DNA of 29,326 nucleotides, taken from the NCBI GenBank assembly GCA_964399335.1, contig CAYNQI010000004.1, positions 23,592-52,917 of the forward strand, read 5' to 3'. Positions 16,826-27,276 of this stretch are shown here, one piece after another. The notes below the pieces were generated by a model that made no database searches, was not told the origin of the DNA, and worked only from the letters and a program-made list of their open reading frames with translations. How positions within the stretch are numbered: position 1 is the first letter of the stretch; each line of letters starts with the position of its first letter. A program made the translations under genes and the position numbers. This DNA comes from an uncultured Thermoplasmata archaeon (lineage in GTDB: Archaea > Thermoplasmatota > Thermoplasmata > Halarchaeoplasmatales > Halarchaeoplasmataceae).

Positions 16826-17464
16826 ATGGATTTATTTGCCCATATTACAATACCAATGCTTATCCTATTAGCTCTTAGAGTAGATACTCGTAAAATACTA
16901 CTTATGCTGCCTTTTGCTGTTATATTGGATCTTGATGTTTTTTTTGGATACCATAGGCTTCTGTTACATAATGTATTAATTGCATTTTTTCTTCCTCTAA
17001 TGTGGACTATATTTATTTACAAATATAAGAAAGAATGGTTCAGTTATGCTTGGATAGCCCTATTCTTTATGGTCTCCCATCTTATATTGGATCTTACGGA
17101 AGGGATTGCCCTATTTTATCCGATAACCTCTACTTTTTATAGTGTTGAAGTTTCGTTATATATACAAGATTTCATCGGGCCTTTGCCAATACCAGACTTT
17201 AGCATAATCGTTAACACTATAGAGGCGCAACAGACAGTTGCTGTGGGCGAAGGTCTTAGTGCAAGCGAAACAGCCCAGAGATATCCAACTATGGATGATG
17301 TGTCTGTTGGTATATTATTTACTTTGGTTATAGCGTCTCTTATGTATTTCAAAAAAAGTTTTGTTTTTATTAAGGAAGTGTATAAATTAATTCAAGATGT
17401 AATTAGATGGGTGTTAAATAAAACAAAATTAATATTGAAAAAAATAAAAGGGTTTTTTGATTAG
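16826..17464 (+). CDS. Membrane-bound metal-dependent hydrolase (YdjM/DUF457-like)
   Basis: N-terminal His, DLD..HR...HN, SHLILD pattern within hydrophobic helices. Confidence 0.7.
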   Translation: MDLFAHITIPMLILLALRVDTRKILLMLPFAVILDLDVFFGYHRLLLHNVLIAFFLPLMWTIFIYKYKKEWFSYAWIALFFMVSHLILDLTEGIALFYPITSTFYSVEVSLYIQDFIGPLPIPDFSIIVNTIEAQQTVAVGEGLSASETAQRYPTMDDVSVGILFTLVIASLMYFKKSFVFIKEVYKLIQDVIRWVLNKTKLILKKIKGFFD

Positions 17465-18123
17465 ATATCTTCAAGGTCGGCAAAGAGGTCTTCATCTTCT
17501 TCTTCATCGCTTAGAGGTTCACCACATTCTGGGCATTCACTGGAATCACTGGAAACTTCTGCGCCACATATAGGACATTCTTTGACCTCGATCACTTCCT
17601 CTTCTTCATCATCTGGAGGTGCTAATTCTTCACCGCACTCAGAACACTCTTCAGAATCGATCGGGATGACCGCACCACATGTTGGACAGATTCCTTCTTC
17701 GACTTCTTCCTCTTCTTCTTCCTCTTCTTCTAATCCTATTTCACTAATTTCTTCTTCAACTACTTTGCCTCTACTAGAGGTTACTCCTCCAATAGCGGCC
17801 ATTATAATTCCCACGAATAAAGTTAAAAAGAAATATAGTGATAATTCTCCTTGGTTGCCTCTGATTCCAGCTGCAACATCCAAACCGGTTCCAAAGAGAT
17901 CATGTATACCTCCAGTGGCTATAGCTGCAATTTTAAGTCCCACTGCACCTACAATTATGAGTATGCCTAATCCTAAAAGCGCTTTACCAACAAAACTAGG
18001 ACTTGTTTCCTCCTTGTCAAATTCTTCATCTAAATCCTTATCAAGCTCTTCTTCTAACTCTTCTTCCTCTTCTAACTCTTCTTCTAACTCTTCTTCCTCT
18101 TCTTCCTCTTCTTCATCAGCCAT
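17461..18123 (-). CDS. Extremely acidic two-TM membrane protein with tandem C-terminal zinc ribbons
   Basis: Poly-Glu N-terminus, two hydrophobic segments, CPTCG..ECSECG and CPICG..ECPECG; GGAGG SD upstream. Confidence 0.85.
   Translation of the reverse strand: MADEEEEEEEEELEEELEEEEELEEELDKDLDEEFDKEETSPSFVGKALLGLGILIIVGAVGLKIAAIATGGIHDLFGTGLDVAAGIRGNQGELSLYFFLTLFVGIIMAAIGGVTSSRGKVVEEEISEIGLEEEEEEEEEVEEGICPTCGAVIPIDSEECSECGEELAPPDDEEEEVIEVKECPICGAEVSSDSSECPECGEPLSDEEEDEDLFADLEDI
18046..18114 (-). repeat. Low-complexity GAR / GAAGAAGAGTTA repeat encoding (E)n and EEEL units
   Basis: Minus strand shows GAAGAAGAGTTA three times within a GAA/GAG tract. Confidence 0.8.
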
Positions 18124-18207
18124 ATATAGCCCTCCGGTATAATACCAGATTTAATCTAAATAACTAATAACAAAGGTTTATTTAAAATTAGTGGTTGTGA
18201 TATATAT

Positions 18208-18594
18208 TTACTTCTCTAAAAGCTCCGTATTCATGTTCCCTGAAGGGATGATACAAAGAAATTCTGCATCATCGTTTCCAGTATTTACATAAGAGTGGGG
18301 TACGTCTTCAGGGATGAATACCGCATCTCCTTTACTAACGCTATAATTCTCACCATCCATAACTAACTCTATACTACCTTTGAGGATGTACTGCACATGC
18401 TCTGTTTGATCGTGTTTATGATAACCCATACTACCTCCTGGCTTGATTGTGAACTTTCTCATATAAATATTATCAGATCCTTCACCGTCCGATATCAACC
18501 ACTGGATATCGATTTTTGTTGCTCTTTCCACTTCATTTTTTTCGACTTGGTGAGAATCTATGACTGCTCCCCTTTTTTCATTTGGTGACGCCAT
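18208..18594 (-). CDS. Cupin-domain protein (cupin_2-like)
   Basis: PGGSMGYHKHDQTEHVQYILKG and GDAVFIPEDVPHSY metal-binding motifs. Confidence 0.88.
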   Translation of the reverse strand: MASPNEKRGAVIDSHQVEKNEVERATKIDIQWLISDGEGSDNIYMRKFTIKPGGSMGYHKHDQTEHVQYILKGSIELVMDGENYSVSKGDAVFIPEDVPHSYVNTGNDDAEFLCIIPSGNMNTELLEK

Positions 18595-18704
18595 ATTATC
18601 AAGGAATCATAAAAGCTCTTGATATATAAAAATGGAGGCATATCTTTTGTAAAAATTTTACTGAGATATGTACCTTGAAAGTTTTCGAGTTCCACCACAA
18701 TGAA

Positions 18705-18760
18705 CAAAAACATTTATATAGAACCTCAATAGTCATTTGAATATAACAACACGAAGTTGT
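18705..18760 (+). promoter_or_regulatory. cdc48 promoter (BRE CAAAAACA, TATA TTTATATA 18713-18720) with downstream dyad ACAAC-N5-GTTGT (18746-18760)
   Basis: Motifs read directly from the sequence; the dyad sits where the start site is expected. Confidence 0.55.
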
Positions 18761-18775
18761 AAACTCACGGAGTGA

Positions 18776-20968
<2,193 letters not shown>

Positions 20969-20982
20969 AAACCCTTTAACAA

Positions 20983-20996
20983 CTTTTTTATTATTT
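20983..20996 (+). terminator. Oligo-T terminator candidate after cdc48
   Basis: CTTTTTTATTATTT, flanked by the inverted repeat TTAACAA (20976-82) / TTGTTAA (20995-21001). Confidence 0.4.
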
Positions 20997-21014
20997 GTTA
21001 ACTCTACTATATCG

Positions 21015-21995
21015 ATGAGGCAGAAGAGTATCAGACTTGATCTTAACGAAAATCACCTGTTAGCTCATGAATATTATGAAGAATTACGGTCTCGACTTGA
21101 TGTTCAATTAGATGATTATCCCACAGAATATTCCACGGAAACCTGTAAAGGTCTAGCGGATTATCACAACCTAACTCCAGAGCAGTTCCTAGTAGCTAAC
21201 GGTTCCGACATGATACTAGACACCATTTTCAAAACACTAGTGCACTCAGGTGGGGTCGTAGGATATTTCGAACCAAGTTATGGATATTATCCTTTTTTAG
21301 CCAATCGCAATGAAAGAAAAGTCATGGAGATACCGTTAGAAAGTGATTTTACATTACCTGTGGGTACAGGTTATATCGATGAGATAGATGTGTTGGTAGT
21401 TTGTTCACCAAACAACCCCACCTCTTTAGCTATGGATAAAAAACACATAAAGTCCCTCTTAGAAAAGGACGTTTTATTAGTAGTGGATGAGGCTTATGCA
21501 GAGTACAGTTCTCAAGACTGCTTAGATCTTTTAACAGATCATGATAATTTGATAATAACCCGAACTTTTTCTAAAGCCTGGGGTCTAGCTGGTATCAGGG
21601 TAGGTTATGCCGTTTCAAACCCTCAAAACATAATGCAGCTGAGAGAATATATGTTATCTTACAATGTAAATGTTTTATCTAATAATGTAGCTGTTTCAGC
21701 TTTAGAAAATTACAGATACATGGAGAAAGCTCTGGAGAAGACCATTATAGAAAGAGACTATTTGACTGAAGAACTTACACTTATGGATTTCAATGTTTTA
21801 CCATCTGAAACAAATTTCCTTTTCTGTCGCCTACCTCACGGGGTTGATCCTCATGGACTCTATGAAAAATTATCTGAAAGAGATATCTTGATAAAGACCT
21901 TCGAGGAAGGCAGAGTTGAAGATCACGTAAGGATCACAGTTGGAACAAGAGAGGAAAACGATGAGCTTTTAGATTCTCTAGAAGAGATAATTTAA
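21015..21995 (+). CDS. hisC: PLP-dependent class I/II aminotransferase, HisC-like
   Basis: RLDLNEN, ANGSD, CSPNNPT, VDEAYAEY, RTFSKAWGLAGIRVGY (PLP Lys), SETNF, RITVG; no other his genes in the window, so substrate is uncertain. Confidence 0.75.
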   Translation: MRQKSIRLDLNENHLLAHEYYEELRSRLDVQLDDYPTEYSTETCKGLADYHNLTPEQFLVANGSDMILDTIFKTLVHSGGVVGYFEPSYGYYPFLANRNERKVMEIPLESDFTLPVGTGYIDEIDVLVVCSPNNPTSLAMDKKHIKSLLEKDVLLVVDEAYAEYSSQDCLDLLTDHDNLIITRTFSKAWGLAGIRVGYAVSNPQNIMQLREYMLSYNVNVLSNNVAVSALENYRYMEKALEKTIIERDYLTEELTLMDFNVLPSETNFLFCRLPHGVDPHGLYEKLSERDILIKTFEEGRVEDHVRITVGTREENDELLDSLEEII

Positions 21996-22243
21996 ATAAT
22001 TTCTAAGATGTCTAAAATCCTTCTGGATACCACTGCTACGAAAAAGATTATTCCTATGTAGATGAAGGTATCCATCTTATCTGCTGTGTTTAAGTCTGTA
22101 TAAGTCGAAGTCAATTCTCTAGATATCAATACACCTATCAAAAGTAGGATACCGAAGAGTTCGAGATTTTGTCCCCCTACTAATATAAGACATAAAGAAG
22201 TCCACAACCCTAGTGCTACGATGATCTTCTGATTTATCATCAT
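21992..22243 (-). CDS. Small membrane protein (83 aa, about 3 TM)
   Basis: Hydrophobic segments; ATGA coupling to the upstream 250-aa gene. Confidence 0.75.
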   Translation of the reverse strand: MMINQKIIVALGLWTSLCLILVGGQNLELFGILLLIGVLISRELTSTYTDLNTADKMDTFIYIGIIFFVAVVSRRILDILEII

Positions 22244-22992
22244 TCGACCTCCTCCAAGGTGAATTTAACATGTTTATCCTCTTTTTCGAAACTGACCACT
22301 CTTAAAGAGGCGTCCAATCCCTCTGAAGCGCATGTTATATATGCACTGCAGATCGGGCAGCCGGTTCGTGTGCAGAGTTTAGTGCTTCTTCCTCTGAGTT
22401 TTTCACAGTATTTGTTGTAGCCGTTGTGAGTTATACGTAATTTTATAGACCCGTCTTCCCTTCTCAAACTGAAAGATTTAGCCAGGGACAAACCGTGTGT
22501 TAATATCCCCATGCCTTCCCGGGCACCTTCTATACCTACTCCATCGAGGTCTGATTCCATACGCTCTTTTGCCTGGTGTAGGATTGGTTTGCCTAATGGT
22601 ATCAAAGAGATCCCTGTTCTACCTCCCCCTCCTGTGATTATGGTCATCTCATCGTATATGTTAGGGACTCCTCTGAACTCACCGGCCGGTACGTAGGTTC
22701 TGGAAGAACTAAGATTTTGACCTGGAGGAACATAAACTCCGTCACCGTTCAGATCTAGATCTTCTAGTAGGTCATTTAGAGGTAGAACTGAGGATTCAAG
22801 CATACTTTCTGCAGTCGATTTTTCTACGGTTCTAAAATGCATTATAGTAATGGTAACTACTCCGATGAAAAGGGCTCCGAAAGCTGTGTTGATAAATTCT
22901 GTAGATATAAATAAGTAAACACTCAGTATAATAAAGGCACTTCCGATCACCTTCGATAAGTACTCTGGTTTTTTCAAATCACCGATATTCAT
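22240..22992 (-). CDS. Membrane-anchored protein (2 N-terminal TM) with a C-terminal Cys cluster
   Basis: Two hydrophobic helices, then a soluble domain ending C-x10-C-x4-C-x2-C-x5-C (GCPICSA). Confidence 0.8.
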   Translation of the reverse strand: MNIGDLKKPEYLSKVIGSAFIILSVYLFISTEFINTAFGALFIGVVTITIMHFRTVEKSTAESMLESSVLPLNDLLEDLDLNGDGVYVPPGQNLSSSRTYVPAGEFRGVPNIYDEMTIITGGGGRTGISLIPLGKPILHQAKERMESDLDGVGIEGAREGMGILTHGLSLAKSFSLRREDGSIKLRITHNGYNKYCEKLRGRSTKLCTRTGCPICSAYITCASEGLDASLRVVSFEKEDKHVKFTLEEVE

Positions 22993-23017
22993 TTCTCGTT
23001 AGTGAAGAAACAGCTGG

Positions 23018-23046
23018 ATTATAAAAGTATCGCAAAAGTTTTAATT
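23018..23046. promoter_or_regulatory. Divergent TATA pair for the 250-aa gene (-) and the 718-aa gene (+)
   Basis: Minus strand TTTTATAA at 23019-23026, about 27 nt before ATG 22992; plus strand CGCAAAAG then TTTTAATT at 23031-23046, about 24 nt before ATG 23070. Spacing fits leaderless transcripts. Confidence 0.55.
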
Positions 23047-23069
23047 GAGTAGGTATAATGCTAACATAG

Positions 23070-25226
23070 ATGGGTATCAATAAAACAGTAACTGTGCTTA
23101 TAATATCCCTGATAGCTGTTTCTTGTTCAGCCGGGATTGTTGAAGCAGAAGAGAGTCATTGGAATTTTGATGAGGTAGAGGGGGATGTAGAAGCACTTTA
23201 TTTGTTATTGAATAGAACAAACTCTCTAATAGAGGCTTCTACCAACCAGACTTTAAGTGTAGATCTTATAGTTGTAACCAACGAAGAGGAGGTTACCTAC
23301 AATTACAGTTCTTCAAATCTAAAAGAGGCGTTGAATTATTCTCATGATGCCTTAGATACTGTTGATTATTCTGAAAGTATATTAAAAGAGATCCAGGGCG
23401 AAGTATCGAGTTATGAATACTTAGAGAAGTTGTATAAACCCTATAGGAGATCTTCTCAGAACTTAACTAGATTTTCAAAAACTCACATCGATTTTATCTT
23501 TAATTTAGAAAGATCGATCGAGGTTTATTATGAATGGCATGATGATGAAAGAGATTTAGATGATCTAACAGAGGGATTAGATGCTTTAAATCAGGGTTTA
23601 TATGACCTAAAAGATATGCGAGATCACATAAAAAGTGCTGAATCATATATCCAAAGTGTTGATGATGAAAAATTGGATAATGAAGTTTTGTTAGGTCACC
23701 TATCAGATATCAAGGAGATGCTTGATCGATATAGAGGGTATATCGATGATATTTTGTGGTTATATGAAACTTTACCATCTTACCTGAGTATTGATGTCCC
23801 CGAAAAGGCTCATCCAGGAAAGGAGATCACAATTTCTGGAACCTACATAGAAAGGGGCTCATTTGTTGAAGGTGCTGATGTAGAAATTTCCATCGAAAAC
23901 TCGTCTCAGATTTTTACCCAAACTGATGACGATGGCTTTTTCAGCTTTGATTACAAGATACCCTGGGATATAGGTTTAGGGATGGTGAATGTAAGTGTAT
24001 CTATTAATGATACCAACATCAGTTCCGAGATCAATGTCACTAAATACTCTTCTAAAATTTTACTTTCGATGGATAGAGAATATTATTTTGAAGAAAGTAT
24101 AGCACTTGATGGGGAGTTTAGAACAGATGCAGATGTACCTCTTGATAAAATATATTTAAACGCTACATTTGATAGAAGCTTTGAACTTCAATCATCAGGT
24201 TCTTTTAGTTTAGTTTATTCATCTGAGAACTTCCCCTGGGGTCGATCTAATATCACCGTTTATTATCAAGGCAATGAAACTATCAGAGAAAGTAGTGCGT
24301 CGATATCTTTTGAGGTTAATATCCCTACCGGACTCACTTTAGAATCTGAGATAATGGGTGAGGTAGCTGATATAGAAGAGTTACCTATCCGTGGTGAATT
24401 GTACAATGCAACAACCCAAGAGGGCTTAGAAGGTTACGATGTTTCTCTCTACATCGATGGTGAAAACTATACAAATTATACTACAGACAGTGACGGGGGA
24501 TATCAGGATGTATTGAATGTTTCAAAGATAGCACCTAGTGATGGATTATATAGATTGGAAACTATGTTCTCCGGTACCATCAAATATCGCTCTTCCGTAT
24601 CGGACCCTATTTTTATCTATAGGAAGGGTGAAGTTATCGGAATCGGTGATGACCCAGATGAAATCCAGGAAAAGGTTGAGCACGAATATGGCATTGGCCC
24701 CGATGATAACGATGATGGTTTCTTTGATAACGATGATGGTTTCTTTGATAACGGTGATGACGAGCATGGTTTGATCCCTTGGATACCCCCTGAGGAAGAA
24801 CCTGCTTGGTTCATCGTGTTAGCGATATTCGTTATATTGCTAGTTTATTATTTCATATTTTATAAGAGAAGACCAATCGAGGAGGAAGAAGAGAGTGTTG
24901 AAGTATCAGAAGATCCTAAAGATGTTTCCCGTCCAGTCTTGAAAAAACCTACAGTCAAAGAAAATGGCGCAACTTCTAGGGATGAAATCCCTGAGATATA
25001 TCACGAATTTATCGAGAAATTGAAAAACAAAGGTGAAATCTCTTTAAATAAAGGAACGACACATCGTGACATCGAAAGAAAAGTATCTTACAAAATTGGA
25101 TCGGATGAAGTCCATATCGTCACGTCTATCTTTGAAAAAGCTTTCTTTTCTAGTAAAGAGGTCACTAAGAACGAGATAGAAAGTTTCAACAACGGGATGA
25201 ACAGATTGAACAAGGTGATAGGATGA
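23070..25226 (+). CDS. Large cell-surface protein: signal/TM, helical region, Ig-like beta repeats, TM anchor, cytoplasmic DUF4129-like domain
   Basis: ATG GGT ATC AAT reads on + at 23070 (track strand is wrong). Hydrophobic N-terminus, TDDDGFFSF/TDSDGGY-type beta motifs, TM WFIVLAIFVILLVYYFIFY, tail GTTHRDI...IFEKAFFS. Confidence 0.85.
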   Translation: MGINKTVTVLIISLIAVSCSAGIVEAEESHWNFDEVEGDVEALYLLLNRTNSLIEASTNQTLSVDLIVVTNEEEVTYNYSSSNLKEALNYSHDALDTVDYSESILKEIQGEVSSYEYLEKLYKPYRRSSQNLTRFSKTHIDFIFNLERSIEVYYEWHDDERDLDDLTEGLDALNQGLYDLKDMRDHIKSAESYIQSVDDEKLDNEVLLGHLSDIKEMLDRYRGYIDDILWLYETLPSYLSIDVPEKAHPGKEITISGTYIERGSFVEGADVEISIENSSQIFTQTDDDGFFSFDYKIPWDIGLGMVNVSVSINDTNISSEINVTKYSSKILLSMDREYYFEESIALDGEFRTDADVPLDKIYLNATFDRSFELQSSGSFSLVYSSENFPWGRSNITVYYQGNETIRESSASISFEVNIPTGLTLESEIMGEVADIEELPIRGELYNATTQEGLEGYDVSLYIDGENYTNYTTDSDGGYQDVLNVSKIAPSDGLYRLETMFSGTIKYRSSVSDPIFIYRKGEVIGIGDDPDEIQEKVEHEYGIGPDDNDDGFFDNDDGFFDNGDDEHGLIPWIPPEEEPAWFIVLAIFVILLVYYFIFYKRRPIEEEEESVEVSEDPKDVSRPVLKKPTVKENGATSRDEIPEIYHEFIEKLKNKGEISLNKGTTHRDIERKVSYKIGSDEVHIVTSIFEKAFFSSKEVTKNEIESFNNGMNRLNKVIG
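24705..24760 (+). repeat. In-frame 21-bp tandem repeat GATAACGATGATGGTTTCTTT x2 plus a partial third copy (DNDDGFF)n
   Basis: Exact copies at 24705-24725 and 24726-24746; degenerate third copy GATAACGGTGATGA. Confidence 0.9.
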
Positions 25227-26317
25227 GAAAAAGGATGAGGACTATAACGATCTATATCATTGCTGCTGTGGTAGTTGCTTTGATGTTCCTTTTTTCATTA
25301 TCCGCTCCCTTAGTCACTAACAATGCAGACTTCAGCATATATAATACAGGTTGGAATGGATGCAGCAGACTAGCTGTAAGAACTTATGAAACCGGGGATT
25401 TAATACCAAATTTAAGGTTGGCCAATGACCGTGATATGGAGGTCACTCAAAAAACCATATTGGATTATTCTGTTATTCCAAACTCTACTTCTATGGTTAT
25501 TTTAGGACCAGACTTGGATTTTAGTTCTGATGAGGTCGAATATGTCGACAATTTCCTTAGGGATGGTGGTAAAGTGGTGTTAGCTGATGATTATGGCACC
25601 GGTAACCAGTTATTAGATGGACTAAATACATCATCTCGCTTTGCCGGGGAAACATTGTATGATTTATCCTTTGAAAAATCACCTGAGTTCTCAGTTGTCT
25701 ATGATTTTAGAGACCATGAGCTCACACAGGATCTATTTTTCGTGATGCTTAACCGACCTACTTATCTAAGACCGGATGATACTGCTGTTCCATTGATGAA
25801 TTCTACCCAAGGGGGCTGGGTGGAAAGAGGGGAAGATGAAACTCATAAGATAGGATCAGCACCATTGCTTTCTGTAGAACGATATGGAGACGGTGAATTG
25901 ATATTACTTTCCGATCCTAGTATGTTGATAAATTCTATGATCGATAGGTTGGATAATGAGATATTTCTGATGAATTTACTAGATCACATCTCTGAGGATC
26001 GAACCGATATTATAATAGATGAAAGCCATAGAGATATGAATTTAGTATTCAGGATAATTTATACAGAAAATTACCCCTCTAGATATGTTTCATTTCTAGT
26101 AATTTCCGGTGCTATAATGGCAAGTGCTGCAGTAATGATGCCTGGCTTTAAAGATAAAGTATTTAAAAATATTAACAGGTTGTTATCGATCTTTATCAAA
26201 GAGGAAAAAGAAGATACGCTCTCAAAAGTATTAAATAACCATCCTGATTGGGATAAACATAAGTTAGAGTGGATACATGAAAGGTTATCTGAATCTATCA
26301 GTTCAAGGGAGGATTAA
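25223..26317 (+). CDS. DUF4350-like membrane-anchored protein
   Basis: ATG AGA AAA AGG on + (track strand is wrong). N-terminal TM, DFSIYNTGWNGCSRL, GGKVVLADDYGTGNQLL, LLSDPSMLINSM, C-terminal TM; ATGA overlap with the 718-aa gene. Confidence 0.8.
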   Translation: MRKRMRTITIYIIAAVVVALMFLFSLSAPLVTNNADFSIYNTGWNGCSRLAVRTYETGDLIPNLRLANDRDMEVTQKTILDYSVIPNSTSMVILGPDLDFSSDEVEYVDNFLRDGGKVVLADDYGTGNQLLDGLNTSSRFAGETLYDLSFEKSPEFSVVYDFRDHELTQDLFFVMLNRPTYLRPDDTAVPLMNSTQGGWVERGEDETHKIGSAPLLSVERYGDGELILLSDPSMLINSMIDRLDNEIFLMNLLDHISEDRTDIIIDESHRDMNLVFRIIYTENYPSRYVSFLVISGAIMASAAVMMPGFKDKVFKNINRLLSIFIKEEKEDTLSKVLNNHPDWDKHKLEWIHERLSESISSRED

Positions 26318-26319
26318 TC

Positions 26320-27276
26320 TTGCAAGATTTAGAACAATACGAAGAGAAATTTGAACAAGTTAGAAAGAATATAAAGAAAGTGATCATCGGGTACGAAGAC
26401 GTTATCGAGGATTTTATTATATGCTTGATGACTGAAGGACATCTACTTTTAGAAGGGGTTCCAGGTATAGCAAAAACGACTTTGATCAAAACATTCACCA
26501 AAGCTATAGGTTTGGATTATGAAAGGATACAATTCACCCAGGACCTTTTACCCGCGGATATATCCGGACATTATTATTACAACCAGAAGACCGGAAAGTT
26601 TGATCTTAGGAAAGGACCTGTCTTTGCTCAAATATTGATGGCTGATGAGATAAATAGGGCACCCCCAAAGACTCAATCTGCACTGATAGAGGCCATGCAG
26701 GAGAAACAGGTCACCATCGAAGGTAACACCTTTTCATTACCCGATCCATTTTTGGTCATAGCTACTAGAAACCCCATCGAAACTGAAGGAGTCTATCCTC
26801 TTCCGGAAGCTCAGTTGGACAGATTCATGATCAAATCTGATATGACTTACCTACCCAAAGACAAAGAATTGGATATGCTAACGATGAAAAACAGATCATA
26901 TGCTGATAATATTGAAGCTGTCGATAACGGATTCGGTTATGACATCGTTGGGTTACATTCACAGGTACACGTTTCCGAACCCGTAATAAAATACATCCGA
27001 GATATCGTTATAGAAACTAGAAGCGTAGATGAAATCGTCTTAGGGGCTAGTCCTAGGGCCGGTGAACAACTTCTTAATGCCTCAAAGGCAAAGGCATTGA
27101 TCCATGGGAGGGATTACGTTGTTCCTGACGATATCAAATCTATAGCTCATAAAGTTCTTAATCATAGATTGATATTATCCATCGATGCTGAGTTAGAAGG
27201 TATTGAAGTACTGGAAGTTATGGATGAAATATTAGAAGAGAAAGTTGAAGCACCTAAAGGAAAATTCAACGATTGA
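26320..27276 (+). CDS. moxR: MoxR-family AAA+ ATPase
   Basis: TTG CAA GAT on + after GGAGG SD (track strand is wrong). HLLLEGVPGIAKT, RIQFTQDLLPADISG, GPVFAQILMADEINRAPPKTQSALIEAMQE, ATRNPIETEGVYPLPEAQLDRF, GASPR. Confidence 0.95.
   Translation: MQDLEQYEEKFEQVRKNIKKVIIGYEDVIEDFIICLMTEGHLLLEGVPGIAKTTLIKTFTKAIGLDYERIQFTQDLLPADISGHYYYNQKTGKFDLRKGPVFAQILMADEINRAPPKTQSALIEAMQEKQVTIEGNTFSLPDPFLVIATRNPIETEGVYPLPEAQLDRFMIKSDMTYLPKDKELDMLTMKNRSYADNIEAVDNGFGYDIVGLHSQVHVSEPVIKYIRDIVIETRSVDEIVLGASPRAGEQLLNASKAKALIHGRDYVVPDDIKSIAHKVLNHRLILSIDAELEGIEVLEVMDEILEEKVEAPKGKFND

Noticed and set aside
17582-18142. 186-aa Ser-rich + strand ORF
   Set aside because: Poly-Ser is the reverse complement of the GAA/GAG poly-Glu codons of the real minus-strand gene
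21015-21995. Histidine biosynthesis operon
   Set aside because: Only a lone HisC-like gene; its neighbours are unrelated
24705-24760. Possible CRISPR-like direct repeat
   Set aside because: No spacers, 21-nt in-frame unit inside a CDS, no cas genes
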